A DNA stretch of 64,000 nt from Acidimicrobiia bacterium. Its GTDB lineage: Bacteria > Actinomycetota > Acidimicrobiia > Spongiisociales > JAHEDJ01. Shown here in pieces: positions 9,584-18,835 of the stretch. The stretch is from contig JARGFH010000006.1 of NCBI GenBank assembly GCA_029210695.1, positions 29,005 through 93,004 on the forward strand, written 5' to 3'. Both the position numbers and the translations under genes were made by a program. Under the pieces are notes generated by a model, which was not told where the DNA came from, did no database searches, and saw nothing but the letters and a program-made list of their open reading frames with translations. Every line of letters begins with the position of its first letter. Positions within the stretch are counted from its first letter, which is position 1.

Positions 9584-10573
9584 ATGGCCTGCGTATGGCG
9601 GAGCGGGGAGGTGTCTGACGTGTCCGTGCCTGCCGTTCAAGCAATTGGACTGAGCAAGACCTTCCTCGCAAGCGACGGTGAAGTGCCCGCGGTGCGAGGT
9701 ATCGACCTGGCGATCCCGGACGGAGAGTTCTTCGGTCTCTTGGGTCCCAACGGTGCGGGCAAGTCGACCACCATCGGCATGCTCACCACCCTGATCGTCC
9801 CCACCTCGGGGTCGGCGTCGGTTCTCGGGATTGACGTGGTCCACCACCCGGTCGAGGTCAAACGTCGAATCGGGATGGTGTCCCAGAACAACACCCTGGA
9901 TCAGGATCTGACCGTCGCCGAGAACCTCGAGTTCCGGAGCCGGTACTTCGGCATGAGCTCCAGGGGAGCGCGTGACCGTGCTCGGGAGTTGCTCGACCTG
10001 TTCGGTGTCGCCGACAAGCAGCGAGCGATGCCGAGGGAGCTGTCCGGTGGCCAGGCGAGACGTCTAATGATCTGCCGGGCACTGGCCCACCGGCCACAGG
10101 TGTTGTTCCTCGACGAGCCCACCGTCGGCCTCGACGCCCAGACCCGCGTCAACTTGTGGGACTCGTTGCGCCAGTTGCAGGCGGACGGCCAAACCATCCT
10201 GCTCACCACCCACTACATGGAGGAGGCTGAGCAGCTGTGCGACCGAGTAGCCATCATCGACGATGGCGTAGTTTTGGCCTGCGACACCGTCGAAGCCCTG
10301 AAGAGAAGCTCGGGAGCGGACACCGTGATCACCGTGGCCTTCGACGGCACGCCCCCGGACAGTGTCGCCGATCTCGCCGGCCGCCCCACGGTACGACAGA
10401 TGGATGTCACCGACGGTCGACTGCGGGTCATCACACAGTCCGATGTCAGGCTGCTCGGCGAGCTCATCGCGTTGGGCACCTCCGCAGGTGTCCCCGTGGT
10501 CGAGGCCACCCGAATGCCTCCCAGCTTGGAGACCGTCTACCTGACCCTTACAGGACGGGAGTATCGAGAATGA
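9584..10573 (+). CDS. ABC transporter ATP-binding protein (ABC-2/DrrA-like exporter ATPase)
   Basis: Walker A 'GLLGPNGAGKSTT', ABC signature 'LSGGQARRL', Walker B 'LFLDEPTVGLD' and an H-loop. Its stop overlaps the permease start (ATGA at 10570-10573). Confidence 0.8.
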   Translation: MACVWRSGEVSDVSVPAVQAIGLSKTFLASDGEVPAVRGIDLAIPDGEFFGLLGPNGAGKSTTIGMLTTLIVPTSGSASVLGIDVVHHPVEVKRRIGMVSQNNTLDQDLTVAENLEFRSRYFGMSSRGARDRARELLDLFGVADKQRAMPRELSGGQARRLMICRALAHRPQVLFLDEPTVGLDAQTRVNLWDSLRQLQADGQTILLTTHYMEEAEQLCDRVAIIDDGVVLACDTVEALKRSSGADTVITVAFDGTPPDSVADLAGRPTVRQMDVTDGRLRVITQSDVRLLGELIALGTSAGVPVVEATRMPPSLETVYLTLTGREYRE

Positions 10574-11420
10574 CCACGGCTGCCGATCGCTCCAGGTCCC
10601 ACGACCCCAGAGCGATGAGCGCCTTCCTCGCCATGCTCGCGCGGGATATGCGTGTGATGCGTCGCACCTTCGCCACCTCCTTCATGAGAGTCATTCTCCA
10701 GCCACTCCTCTTCGTGTTCGTCTTCGCCTACGTGATCCCGACGATCAGCGGAGGCCGCTTCGCCGAGGAGACCGGCACCAGCTACTCGACCATCCTCGTC
10801 CCCGGGCTCGTGGGCATGGCAATCGTGATGCAAGGCCTGTTCGCGGTGATCTTCCCGCTGATGATGGAACTGTCCTTGCTCCGGTCGATCGAAGACCGGG
10901 TTCTCGCCCCCTGCCGGTTTCGGCTTTGGCGCTGGAGAAGATCGTCGTCGGCGCCATCCAGGCCCTCATCGGCGGGTTGTTGGTGTTCCCCGCCGTGTTG
11001 TTCATCCACGCCGCCGGTCAGGCACCCGTCATCGAGGTGGCCAGTTGGCCGCTTCTGATCCTCGTCATGGTCAGCGGCTCCATCCTCGCCTCCGCCGGCG
11101 CACTATTCCTGGGCACGGTCACCGACCCCGACAAGATCCAGGTCCTGTTCGCCCTCGTGCTCCTTCCGATGACGATGCTTGGAGGCGTCTACTACCCGTG
11201 GGCCGCCCTCAGCAACATCCCATGGCTCCAGGTACTCGTGCTGGCTAACCCGATGGTGTACGTCAGCGAAGGACTACGCGCCACCCTCACCGCCCAGCTA
11301 CCACACATGCCCACCCCAGCCTTCCTCCTCGTGCTCCTCATCGGCGCAGTCGGACTGAGCTTTTTGGGCTCAACGCGATGGAGTGTGGGGCGTGGTGAGT
11401 TCCGGGAGCTGATTCGGTAA
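10570..11420 (+). pseudogene. ABC-2 family permease, apparently frameshifted (or sequencing error) at a C5 run near 10905-10912
   Basis: The N-terminal half (10570..~10920, 'FVFVFAYVIPTISGG...LVGMAIVMQGLFAVIFPLMMELS') and the C-terminal half (10926..11420, 'LEKIVVGAIQALIGGLLVFPAVLFI...') are both ABC-2 permease-like but lie in different frames. The switch coincides with 'ccccctgccgg'. Confidence 0.6.
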
Positions 11421-11483
11421 TCCCACGACGCGGGCAAGGGCCCCGTCATTCTGCGGAATGTAGATCTGCAGAAGGAGAGACCC

Positions 11484-12230
11484 TTGTCCGTGATTCAAGG
11501 TAGCCGTGGTGCGACTGTGCTGGTGGGGATGCCCGGGTTCGTGGTGGGTGCCCAGCAGCTGGTGGACGGCGAGTTGTGGCTGTTCGTCGAGACCGTCACC
11601 GATGTGGTCGGCTGTGTCGGGTGTGGAACTCGGGCGACCGGTCATGGCCGGTCCCGGACGCTGGTGCGGGATCTTCCCATCTCGGGGACACCAACGGTGC
11701 TGGCATGGTCGAAACGGCGGTTCAGATGCCCCGATCCTGACTGTGAGGTGGCGACCTGGTCGGAGACGACATCGGAGATTCTCCCTCGGGCGGCGCTGAC
11801 CGAACGGGCGCGGAGACGGATCGCCGAGATGGTCAACGTCGATGGTGACTCGATCGCGGCGGCGGCGGCAGCCTTCGGGGTGGGCTGGCACACCGCTCAT
11901 CAGGCGACCGCCGTCTTCACCGACCCTGCCGTCGATGACCCTGACCGGTTGGAGGGGGTGTCGGCGATCGGGGTCGACGAGAAACGGTTCTTGAACGCCA
12001 CCGGGGATCATCGGACCGTCTACACCACCCAGATCGTCGACTTGGACCGTCACCGGCTCCTCGACGTGATCGAAGGCCGTTCCCGTGACGTGTTGGGCAA
12101 GTGGCTCACAGAGCGGGGAGAGGACTGGTGTGACCGTATCCGGCTCGCCACCCTCGATCCGGCCGCCGGCTACCGCCGGGCGCTCGAGGACCGTCTCGAC
12201 AACGCCACCGTGGTCGTCGATCACTTTCAT
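11484..12230 (+). CDS. ISL3-family transposase, exon 1 (N-terminal zinc-finger + DDE start), interrupted by group II intron
   Basis: 'CVGCGTRATGHGRSR...RRFRCPDPDC' zinc-finger and '...IGVDEKRF...TVVVDHFH' are typical ISL3 (IS204/IS1001/IS1096) transposase N-terminal features. The reading frame breaks immediately after DHFH, where the GTGCG intron start occurs. Confidence 0.75.
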
Positions 12231-14436
12231 GGTGCGCCACGAGGCGCACGCACACCGTGCAGGCCGGGATGCCTGCCCTCGGTCATCACAGTGGCCGGGA
12301 GAAGCTGGGGGCCGTCTTGGCGGCGGACATGCGCCGTCTGGGACGAAGCGCCCTGACAACGTACCGCACGGTCAGCACCATCAGATGGCCGTGGCGGGCT
12401 AGCGAGAGGAGAAGGTATAGGAAAACGCATCGGCTACGAGGTCCCGTAATGGGTCGACCGCTCCAACCTGGTGGATATGGGCGGTGTGGAGGTGACGGCT
12501 CTCTCCCGTGGATGGGGAGCCGCCCGGCCTTTCCCTGGGCCGGGACCGGCGGAACGCTGTGTGTGCCCGCTGGACATGCCTTCCGGGATAGAGCCGAGTG
12601 CCTAACTCTTCAAACGGTTGCGTGTGAACGTGGGAAGCGTCTCATCCCGCCCCCTTTGGGGCTAACCACATGGTCTGGTGATGGGGTGGGGACGTGGCGG
12701 AGGACCCGTAGTAGTCGCAGGAGTGACGACCTGTCGTGGAGGCCGGGAAAGCCGGTCGCAGGGCGAAGGGGTCCAGCGTGAAGACAGAGCAACTGGCGCG
12801 AGAGGAGCCACCAGTGAATATTGGTGATCCGTGGCCCGAGCCCGACGAGGCACGAGCCTGGTTACTCGACGTGCAGCAAAAGCTCTACCGATGGGCAAGG
12901 GACGAACCGCAGCGGCGGTTCTCGGATCTGGCCAACCTGGTATATGACCGTCACAGCTTGGTGGCGGCGTGGCATCGGGTGGCCAGCCGCAAGGGAGCCC
13001 ACACCGCCGGTGTTGACGGGGCCACTCGTGGCTCGGTCGAACGGCGGGGTGTGGAGCGGTTCCTCACCGATATCCGAGACGACCTGTGGAGTCGGACCTT
13101 CCAGGCTTTGGAGGTGAGAGAGAAGCTGATCCCCAAACGGGATGAAGGAACCCGCCGTCTCGGGGTGCCCGCTTTGCGGGACCGGGTGGTGGGAGAGGCG
13201 CTCCGTGGGGTGATCGAACCCGTATTCGAGGCCGGTTTCCGGTCTCAGTCATACGGGTTTCGGCCCGGACGACGCGCCCACGACGCCATCGCCGAGGTTG
13301 TCCACCTCGCTCAGAACCCGATCGGTTACGACTGGGTGATCGAGGGTGACATCCAAGCCTGCTTCGACGAGATCCCCCACTGGCTCATCACCGATGGGCT
13401 CACGGCGAGGATCTCCGACAAGCGGGTGCTGGCATGGTGCCGATCCTTCCTCAAAGCAGGGGTGATGACCGAATCCGGTGACCGTGAGGCCACCATGATC
13501 GGCACACCCCAAGGTGGCGTGGTTTCGCCCCTGTTCGCCAACATTGCTCTCGACGGCCTCGATCGGTTCTTCGATCAGCGCCAACAAGAGCTGTTCGGCA
13601 CCTGGGACCAGGCGCACTGGCGACGCAAGAAGGGGCTCATCACCTATCGGATGGTCCGCTACGCGGACGACTTCGTGGTGATGATCAAAGGCCCCGACGC
13701 CCAGCCACAAGCCGAGATCCTGCGGGAGGAGATCGCAGACCATCTCTTCGAGATGGGACTGACTCTCCACAGGGACAAGACCCGTATCACCCATCTCAGC
13801 GAGGGCATCGACTTCTTGGGATACACCATCTCCAAGCAGCATGTCCCCGGCCGAGGCGACGTGATCTACACCTACCCGTCCCGCCGCTCCTTGGAGCGGA
13901 TCAAGGACCGGGTGCGGGAACTCACCGCCTCGAACACCACCAACCTGGAATTAGCCGAGATCCTCTATCCACTCAACACCGCCCTGCGAGGCTGGGCAGC
14001 GTATTTCCGTTTCGGTTCATCGAAACGGACATTCCGCTACCTCGGCCATTTCGCATGGCGTCGTGTCATCCGGTGGATCAAACGCAAGCACCCCTCGTGG
14101 GGATGGAAAGACCTCCAGCGCCGGTATCCCGAATGGGAACCACGCTCAGGAGATCTGTCCCTCTACAACCCAGAGAGGATGCCCGTCGTGCGATACCGCT
14201 ACCGAGGCCAACGAATCGCCCACGCCTGGAACACCCACGAGGTCGACCCGGCCGGAGCCCGATTCCGTCTGGTCAACGTAGACGACGCCGACGAGCACGC
14301 TTGGCTGGAAGAGATTCTCACCATGGGCTGAACGTGGAGAGCCCGGTGCCTGGAAACAAGCACGCCGGGTTCGGAGGGCGGGGGCGAAGAAACCGACATC
14401 CGCAAGGACGCACGGCGCTTCGCCTCCGACCCCTAC
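12231..14436 (+). mobile_element. bacterial group II intron (~2.2 kb) inserted in the ISL3 transposase gene
   Basis: 5' end GTGCG at 12231. The intron-encoded RT/maturase ORF lies in domain IV. Canonical domain V 'GAGCCCGGTGCCTGGAAACAAGCACGCCGGGTTC' sits at 14339-14372 (AGC triad, GAAA loop). Domain VI follows and ends ...CTAC at 14436. The exons flank it in-frame (DHFH | AVRLANQAIDDVRRR). Confidence 0.8.
12736..14331 (+). CDS. group II intron-encoded reverse transcriptase/maturase (IEP)
   Basis: RT motifs 'RRLGVPALRDRVV', 'GTPQGGVVSPLFANIAL' and 'YADDFVV', and a maturase/X domain 'LRGWAAYFRF'. The C-terminal DNA-binding/En region is short. Confidence 0.9.
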   Translation: MEAGKAGRRAKGSSVKTEQLAREEPPVNIGDPWPEPDEARAWLLDVQQKLYRWARDEPQRRFSDLANLVYDRHSLVAAWHRVASRKGAHTAGVDGATRGSVERRGVERFLTDIRDDLWSRTFQALEVREKLIPKRDEGTRRLGVPALRDRVVGEALRGVIEPVFEAGFRSQSYGFRPGRRAHDAIAEVVHLAQNPIGYDWVIEGDIQACFDEIPHWLITDGLTARISDKRVLAWCRSFLKAGVMTESGDREATMIGTPQGGVVSPLFANIALDGLDRFFDQRQQELFGTWDQAHWRRKKGLITYRMVRYADDFVVMIKGPDAQPQAEILREEIADHLFEMGLTLHRDKTRITHLSEGIDFLGYTISKQHVPGRGDVIYTYPSRRSLERIKDRVRELTASNTTNLELAEILYPLNTALRGWAAYFRFGSSKRTFRYLGHFAWRRVIRWIKRKHPSWGWKDLQRRYPEWEPRSGDLSLYNPERMPVVRYRYRGQRIAHAWNTHEVDPAGARFRLVNVDDADEHAWLEEILTMG

Positions 14437-14999
14437 CCGTCCGTCTCGCCAACCAGGCGATCGACGATGTCCGCCGTCGTGTCCAACAACAAACGCTCGG
14501 ACATCGGGGCCGGAAGAGCGACCCGTTGTATCGGGCACGCCGTGTCCTGTTGACCGCCGACGAACGACTCTCAGCCGACCGCTTCGAATGGATGAAGACC
14601 ATGTTGGATGCTGGCGACCCTGACGGGGAGGTGGGAGCGGCATGGGTAGCCAAGGAGCTGCTGAGAGAAGTGTTCTCGGCTGTCGACGAGGATCATGCCC
14701 GACGGCGGATGATCGCCTTCTACATCTTCTCAGCCGACGCCGACGTCCCCGAGCTCACCCGTCTCGCCCGCACCATCAGCCGCTGGTCCGAACAGGTCTT
14801 CGCCTACCACCGGACCCAGCGGGCCTCCAACGGACGAGTCGAGAACATCCACATGCTCACCGAGAAGATCCGCCGCAACGCCCACGGCTTCCGAAACCAT
14901 GACCACTACCGCCGTCGCCTCATCGGACGACTCGGCATCAAATGGCATACTCAACCCACCGCACGAATACGAGGCCGCCAACCACGATTCATCGCGTAG
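14437..14999 (+). CDS. ISL3-family transposase, exon 2 (C-terminal part)
   Basis: 'VRLANQAIDDVRRRVQQQTLGHRGRKSDPLYRARRVLL...FEWMKTMLDAGDP...' is the conserved ISL3 C-terminal region. It continues the exon-1 frame after intron removal, giving ~436 aa in total. Confidence 0.75.
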
Positions 15000-15139
15000 C
15001 GCCGCTTTTTGGCGGTCAGAACCTTCACCCACCGAGTCATCAGCTGACAGTCGGTGGTCCGAAATGCGGCTGCACGCCGTGAAAGAACTCATGCGGAAAG
15101 CGGAGCATCCGAGCGATCTGGACTTGACTGTAAGTCACG

Positions 15140-15799
15140 ATGCGTCATGGGCTGAATGAACTAGCAATTCGCGACGTCCGATACTTGCTTGTCGGTGTCT
15201 CCTCGAGCCACCTTGCGGGTCTGGCGGAAGGGTATGAACGGGGGCGCCAGGCTCTCGCGGAGTGGCGCACAGGGAGCGAAGCCTGGGCGACGTCGTACGA
15301 CCTCGACGCCCTGTTCGCGCCGATCTGGAAGGTTCGCACCCTTTGCGGTCTGGAGTGGATCGAGATGGAGTCCGGGGATGGGCCACCGTTTGACCGTGTG
15401 GGTATCAGCGTTCACGTACCGAGCTGTCGAAACTGTCTCCGCATCGTCTCCCGCGATCTGGAGAGCATTACTCCTGATGACCGGATTCCCTTGATTGTTG
15501 GATTCGTTGTGGATGAGGTCCTTGCCGAGGCTGGAACCGTGGTGACGGGTGTTCCTGGCGACCAGCTCGAGCCGCTGCGATCCGCAATACGCCGACGGTT
15601 GAGGAGCTTCGGTGTCCCCTTCCGGACCTATCCCCTCGGAGGTGATCTCCATGTGGTGTCCGAAGAGCTGTGGGACGACATGCCAGAGGATCGGAAGGCT
15701 GAGATCGGAGCACAGGCCGCGGAGGCCGTCGCTGATGCAATCCAAGGTCGCACCACACGTCGGCGCGGGATCGATTGGGGCACCTGGGAGGTCTTCTAG
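15140..15799 (+). CDS. hypothetical protein
   Basis: 219-aa ORF with coherent composition and no recognisable motif. Confidence 0.4.
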   Translation: MRHGLNELAIRDVRYLLVGVSSSHLAGLAEGYERGRQALAEWRTGSEAWATSYDLDALFAPIWKVRTLCGLEWIEMESGDGPPFDRVGISVHVPSCRNCLRIVSRDLESITPDDRIPLIVGFVVDEVLAEAGTVVTGVPGDQLEPLRSAIRRRLRSFGVPFRTYPLGGDLHVVSEELWDDMPEDRKAEIGAQAAEAVADAIQGRTTRRRGIDWGTWEVF

Positions 15800-15852
15800 A
15801 TCTAGAGAGCTGGCTCAGTCACCCGGCAGGAGAGTGTGCTCGCAAAGGCGAC

Positions 15853-16458
15853 TCAGGAGAACCCCTCGGCCGTGGCACGTTGGCGGATCGGGGAGGTGAT
15901 CTGCGCGGGCGTCCGTCGCATGTACTCGTGGGCCGGATGGGTTTCCTCGTCTTGGAGTGACCTGAGGTATGACACGGCATTGTCAGGAGTGAAGCCCTCG
16001 GTGTAACCCCGGTCTCGCCATCGACCCGGCTGCGTGCCAAGACCCGTCCAGATGACTGCATCGAGGGTCGGTCGCTCCAACAGCCAGCCGAGGGCAGTTG
16101 ACGCGATGCGGTCATCGACGGAACCGATTCGGGAGCCGTCTCGGCGGACCCCGTGGATCGATGAGAGATTCTCCGTGATGCCCTCTCGGGTCGCGAGATT
16201 GCGGATGGCTGGGTCGAGTTCCTTATGGCTGCTCACCGACCAGAGCGTCCTGACCTGGTGGGGATAGCCGGGTACGACGACGAGGGTGAGAGAACCATCG
16301 CGGGAGATCCTGGCGAATTCAACCGGGAGCGACGGACCGTCCTGTTCCCACTGGCCCGGTACCTGCAGCGCGAGGGTCTCTCCGCAGTGCGTCGGCCTCC
16401 AGATGAGGGAACCCCAGGCCAGAATCGCGATCTCCATCACGCTCGCCTCAGCCTGCAC
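15853..16458 (-). CDS. hypothetical protein (201 aa), downstream partner of small wHTH-like gene
   Basis: ORF with good coding character. Its start overlaps the stop of the upstream 80-aa ORF by 22 nt, suggesting a two-gene cassette. Confidence 0.45.
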   Translation of the reverse strand: MQAEASVMEIAILAWGSLIWRPTHCGETLALQVPGQWEQDGPSLPVEFARISRDGSLTLVVVPGYPHQVRTLWSVSSHKELDPAIRNLATREGITENLSSIHGVRRDGSRIGSVDDRIASTALGWLLERPTLDAVIWTGLGTQPGRWRDRGYTEGFTPDNAVSYLRSLQDEETHPAHEYMRRTPAQITSPIRQRATAEGFS

Positions 16459-16679
16459 AGGCCGGGTTCGACCCGTTCGAGGTCGTCGTAGACGACCGCG
16501 TGGTGGTCAGGGGCGTTACCGCACAGCCGGGACACGATGTGAGTTCGGATCGTGGACTCTCGGTATCGGGTCCCCTGGCCCCTCATCTCATCCACGACCT
16601 CGGAGGGGGAGAACGTGTCGCGTCGATGTCGACGGGCGAGGTTCCGGAAGGCTTCGAGGATTTCGTCTCGGCATGTCAT
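16437..16679 (-). CDS. small winged-helix (HARE-HTH/Mrr_N-like) protein
   Basis: 80 aa. 'EILEAFRNLARRHRRDTFSPSEVVDEMRGQGTRYRESTIRTHIVSRL' has the pattern of Mrr-N/HARE-type winged-helix domains. This is a speculative call. Confidence 0.35.
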   Translation of the reverse strand: MTCRDEILEAFRNLARRHRRDTFSPSEVVDEMRGQGTRYRESTIRTHIVSRLCGNAPDHHAVVYDDLERVEPGLCRLRRA

Positions 16680-16746
16680 GGCTCAGTCGCACTCAACAGT
16701 CGTGAGCTCCGGCACCGCCCCCGGGGAGGCGATTCTTGGCCAGGGT

Positions 16747-18828
16747 TCAGTCAACGAAGACCCCGTTTGGGGCATGCCCTGTGATGATCATGGAATCGTC
16801 TTCCTCGGCGAGCCTCCCAAGCAAGCTCGGATCCAATGTCAGAGCGCCAAAACCATCACCGTCGCCAGCGAGACCAGCCTGCCATGAGCCCGATGTCTCC
16901 ATGCCCCTCAGGATGACGGTCACCTCACCGTCGTCAGCTGGGAACAGCGCCGCGGCCTCGACGGGGATACGCAGTAGGCCGAGCGAAAGATCCTCCGCGC
17001 TGATGGGTTCAGTGCGGAGCGGCTCTTCCTCCGGCTCCTCAGCGTATGTGGCAATGTCCTGCCTGGCTCCGTCAGACGGTCCAGGCCAGATGGAGATCGC
17101 GACGTCGGCGAGGGTGCCACCGCGGTTGTCGATGGCGTCCTCGTCCCACTGGGGTGGGACACTCCGGTTGAGCGAAAGAGCACTGTGTTCAAGGATGTCG
17201 GCACGCTTTGCCGCCCACGATCCGTTTGAGAGTTTCGGGTTGAGCCGCTCGGTCACGAGGGTGAGGTTGCCGAGACGGTGGATCCGCTGCTCTCGTTCCT
17301 TCTCGGCCGCGAGCGGGTGCTTATCAGAGGGTAGGGGCCAATGTGCTTGCCAGGCCTGAGGCATCAAGTGTTCGATCGTTAGCTTGTCGAGCACAAGGAG
17401 TGTCTCGGCGTACTTGGTCTTGGAGGCCGTCTCTAGGGCTTCAAGGACGATTCGGAGGCGGGCTCGCGACAGCGCCCTGTACAGCTCACCTGTCTCGAGC
17501 GCAGTTCGGAATGCCTTGTCGTCCGGCCAGAGCTGACTGTCGCCCTCCAACGCTGACAGGTGGCGCTCGGTCACGGTATCGGCGTTCGTGGGGTCCTCCT
17601 GGACGGCCTGGAGAAGTCCGAGGAACACGATGTTGTAGTTCTTGGTAGTGAGCCGGCACGCCATCCGACGAACCAGATAGTCCTCCAACCTCCGAAGCAC
17701 TCTGTCGAGCGAGTCGGATGCCATGCCGTCATCCTCCAGGCCGAAGAGATAGAGGAGCAGTGGGTCCGCCGTGGTGATCTGCATGGTTCGCAAGCGATAG
17801 AAAAAGAGGCCACGGGGATCATCCGTCGACAGGTTGTCGAACAGGTCGTAGACGGCTGCGTATTTCCTGAGATCCTTGAGGAGATCCTCCACCGACTCGG
17901 ACCAGCTGCTCGTCGTGAAAGTGCGGAACTGGTCGAACAGGGAGGGCACACTGACCTCTTTCCCGTTCCGCATCGTCAGGTAGTGGCTGAGGAACAAGTC
18001 GAGGCGCAGGCGTTTCAGCCGGCCTTGTCGGATTTCCTTCCTCCATCGGGGCTCCTCGAGCTCCCGCCAGTAGGTCTCGTAGAGGTGCTCGACCGGTTCG
18101 CCAGCATCGGTTGCCCGCTGGAACAGCAGGTTCTTGATCAGGTCCGATGCCCGCAGCGGCGTACCTCGGGCGTTGAGCGTCTCGAAGATGACTTGTGCGT
18201 TGTCGTTGCGTTCGAGGTCAATGACCACGACCTTGAGCAGCGATCGAAGCACGGATGTCAGCGCGCCCAGGGCGGCCTCGGCATCATCCTCGGCTTCCTC
18301 CAACCACTGCGATGCCGTCTTGGTGAAGTACTGGTAGCACCGAGTTATCGGAGAGTTGCGGTCGGCCTCTTTGACCCGTCCTGCCATCACGGCCTCAAAG
18401 GAAGCGCGGTCGACGTTGGTGGGCCACACTTTGAGAAGATGGTGACTCTCGACGATCAAGTCCTGGTCGTTCTCGGTGAGCTTTGCCAGGACGCGGGCTT
18501 GCTTGTCGAAGCTCCGCCCCTGGGCCACATCCCGGCAGGCCGCGATCAATATCTGGAGGGTTGTCAGTCGCTGCTGACCATCGATGACCTGACGTGCCTC
18601 GAGTTCGGCCACCTGGGTCGATACGTGGTCGAGTACTACGGCGCCCAAGAAATGGGGCGCGGCATCCTCCGGCGTGGTCCGATACGACTCGACGATCGGG
18701 GTGACATCCGACCAGAGTGGTTCCCAGTGTTCCACCTGGTTCCAGACGTACGGGCGCTGAAACAGAGGAACCAGGTACCTGACGTCCTTCCCGAAGAGGA
18801 GCTTGAGGTCGACGGTGTCGGACTTCAT
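16747..18828 (-). CDS. GmrSD-family type IV (modification-dependent) restriction endonuclease, DUF262 + DUF1524
   Basis: N-terminal DUF262/ParB-like NTPase motif 'IDGQQRLTTLQILIAA' and C-terminal DUF1524 His-Me/HNH-like 'IEHLMPQAW...HRLGNLTLV'. It lies 7 nt downstream of the integrase on the same strand. Confidence 0.85.
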   Translation of the reverse strand: MKSDTVDLKLLFGKDVRYLVPLFQRPYVWNQVEHWEPLWSDVTPIVESYRTTPEDAAPHFLGAVVLDHVSTQVAELEARQVIDGQQRLTTLQILIAACRDVAQGRSFDKQARVLAKLTENDQDLIVESHHLLKVWPTNVDRASFEAVMAGRVKEADRNSPITRCYQYFTKTASQWLEEAEDDAEAALGALTSVLRSLLKVVVIDLERNDNAQVIFETLNARGTPLRASDLIKNLLFQRATDAGEPVEHLYETYWRELEEPRWRKEIRQGRLKRLRLDLFLSHYLTMRNGKEVSVPSLFDQFRTFTTSSWSESVEDLLKDLRKYAAVYDLFDNLSTDDPRGLFFYRLRTMQITTADPLLLYLFGLEDDGMASDSLDRVLRRLEDYLVRRMACRLTTKNYNIVFLGLLQAVQEDPTNADTVTERHLSALEGDSQLWPDDKAFRTALETGELYRALSRARLRIVLEALETASKTKYAETLLVLDKLTIEHLMPQAWQAHWPLPSDKHPLAAEKEREQRIHRLGNLTLVTERLNPKLSNGSWAAKRADILEHSALSLNRSVPPQWDEDAIDNRGGTLADVAISIWPGPSDGARQDIATYAEEPEEEPLRTEPISAEDLSLGLLRIPVEAAALFPADDGEVTVILRGMETSGSWQAGLAGDGDGFGALTLDPSLLGRLAEEDDSMIITGHAPNGVFVD

Positions 18829-18835
18829 TTCGGCG

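Noticed and set aside
9262-9618. 118-aa ORF between the Clp_N and ABC ATPase genes
   Set aside because: It has no motif and overlaps the probable 5' end of the ABC ATPase gene. It could be real but is unsupported.
11370-12359. 329-aa minus-strand ORF antisense to ISL3 transposase exon 1
   Set aside because: It overlaps a clearly recognisable transposase on the other strand and has a Pro/Arg/Gly-rich spurious composition.
11400-15140. Terminal inverted repeats of the ISL3 element
   Set aside because: I could not find a convincing IR pair flanking the transposase by eye (candidate 'cattctgcggaatg' / 'catgcggaaag' are direct, not inverted). The IS boundaries are left undefined.
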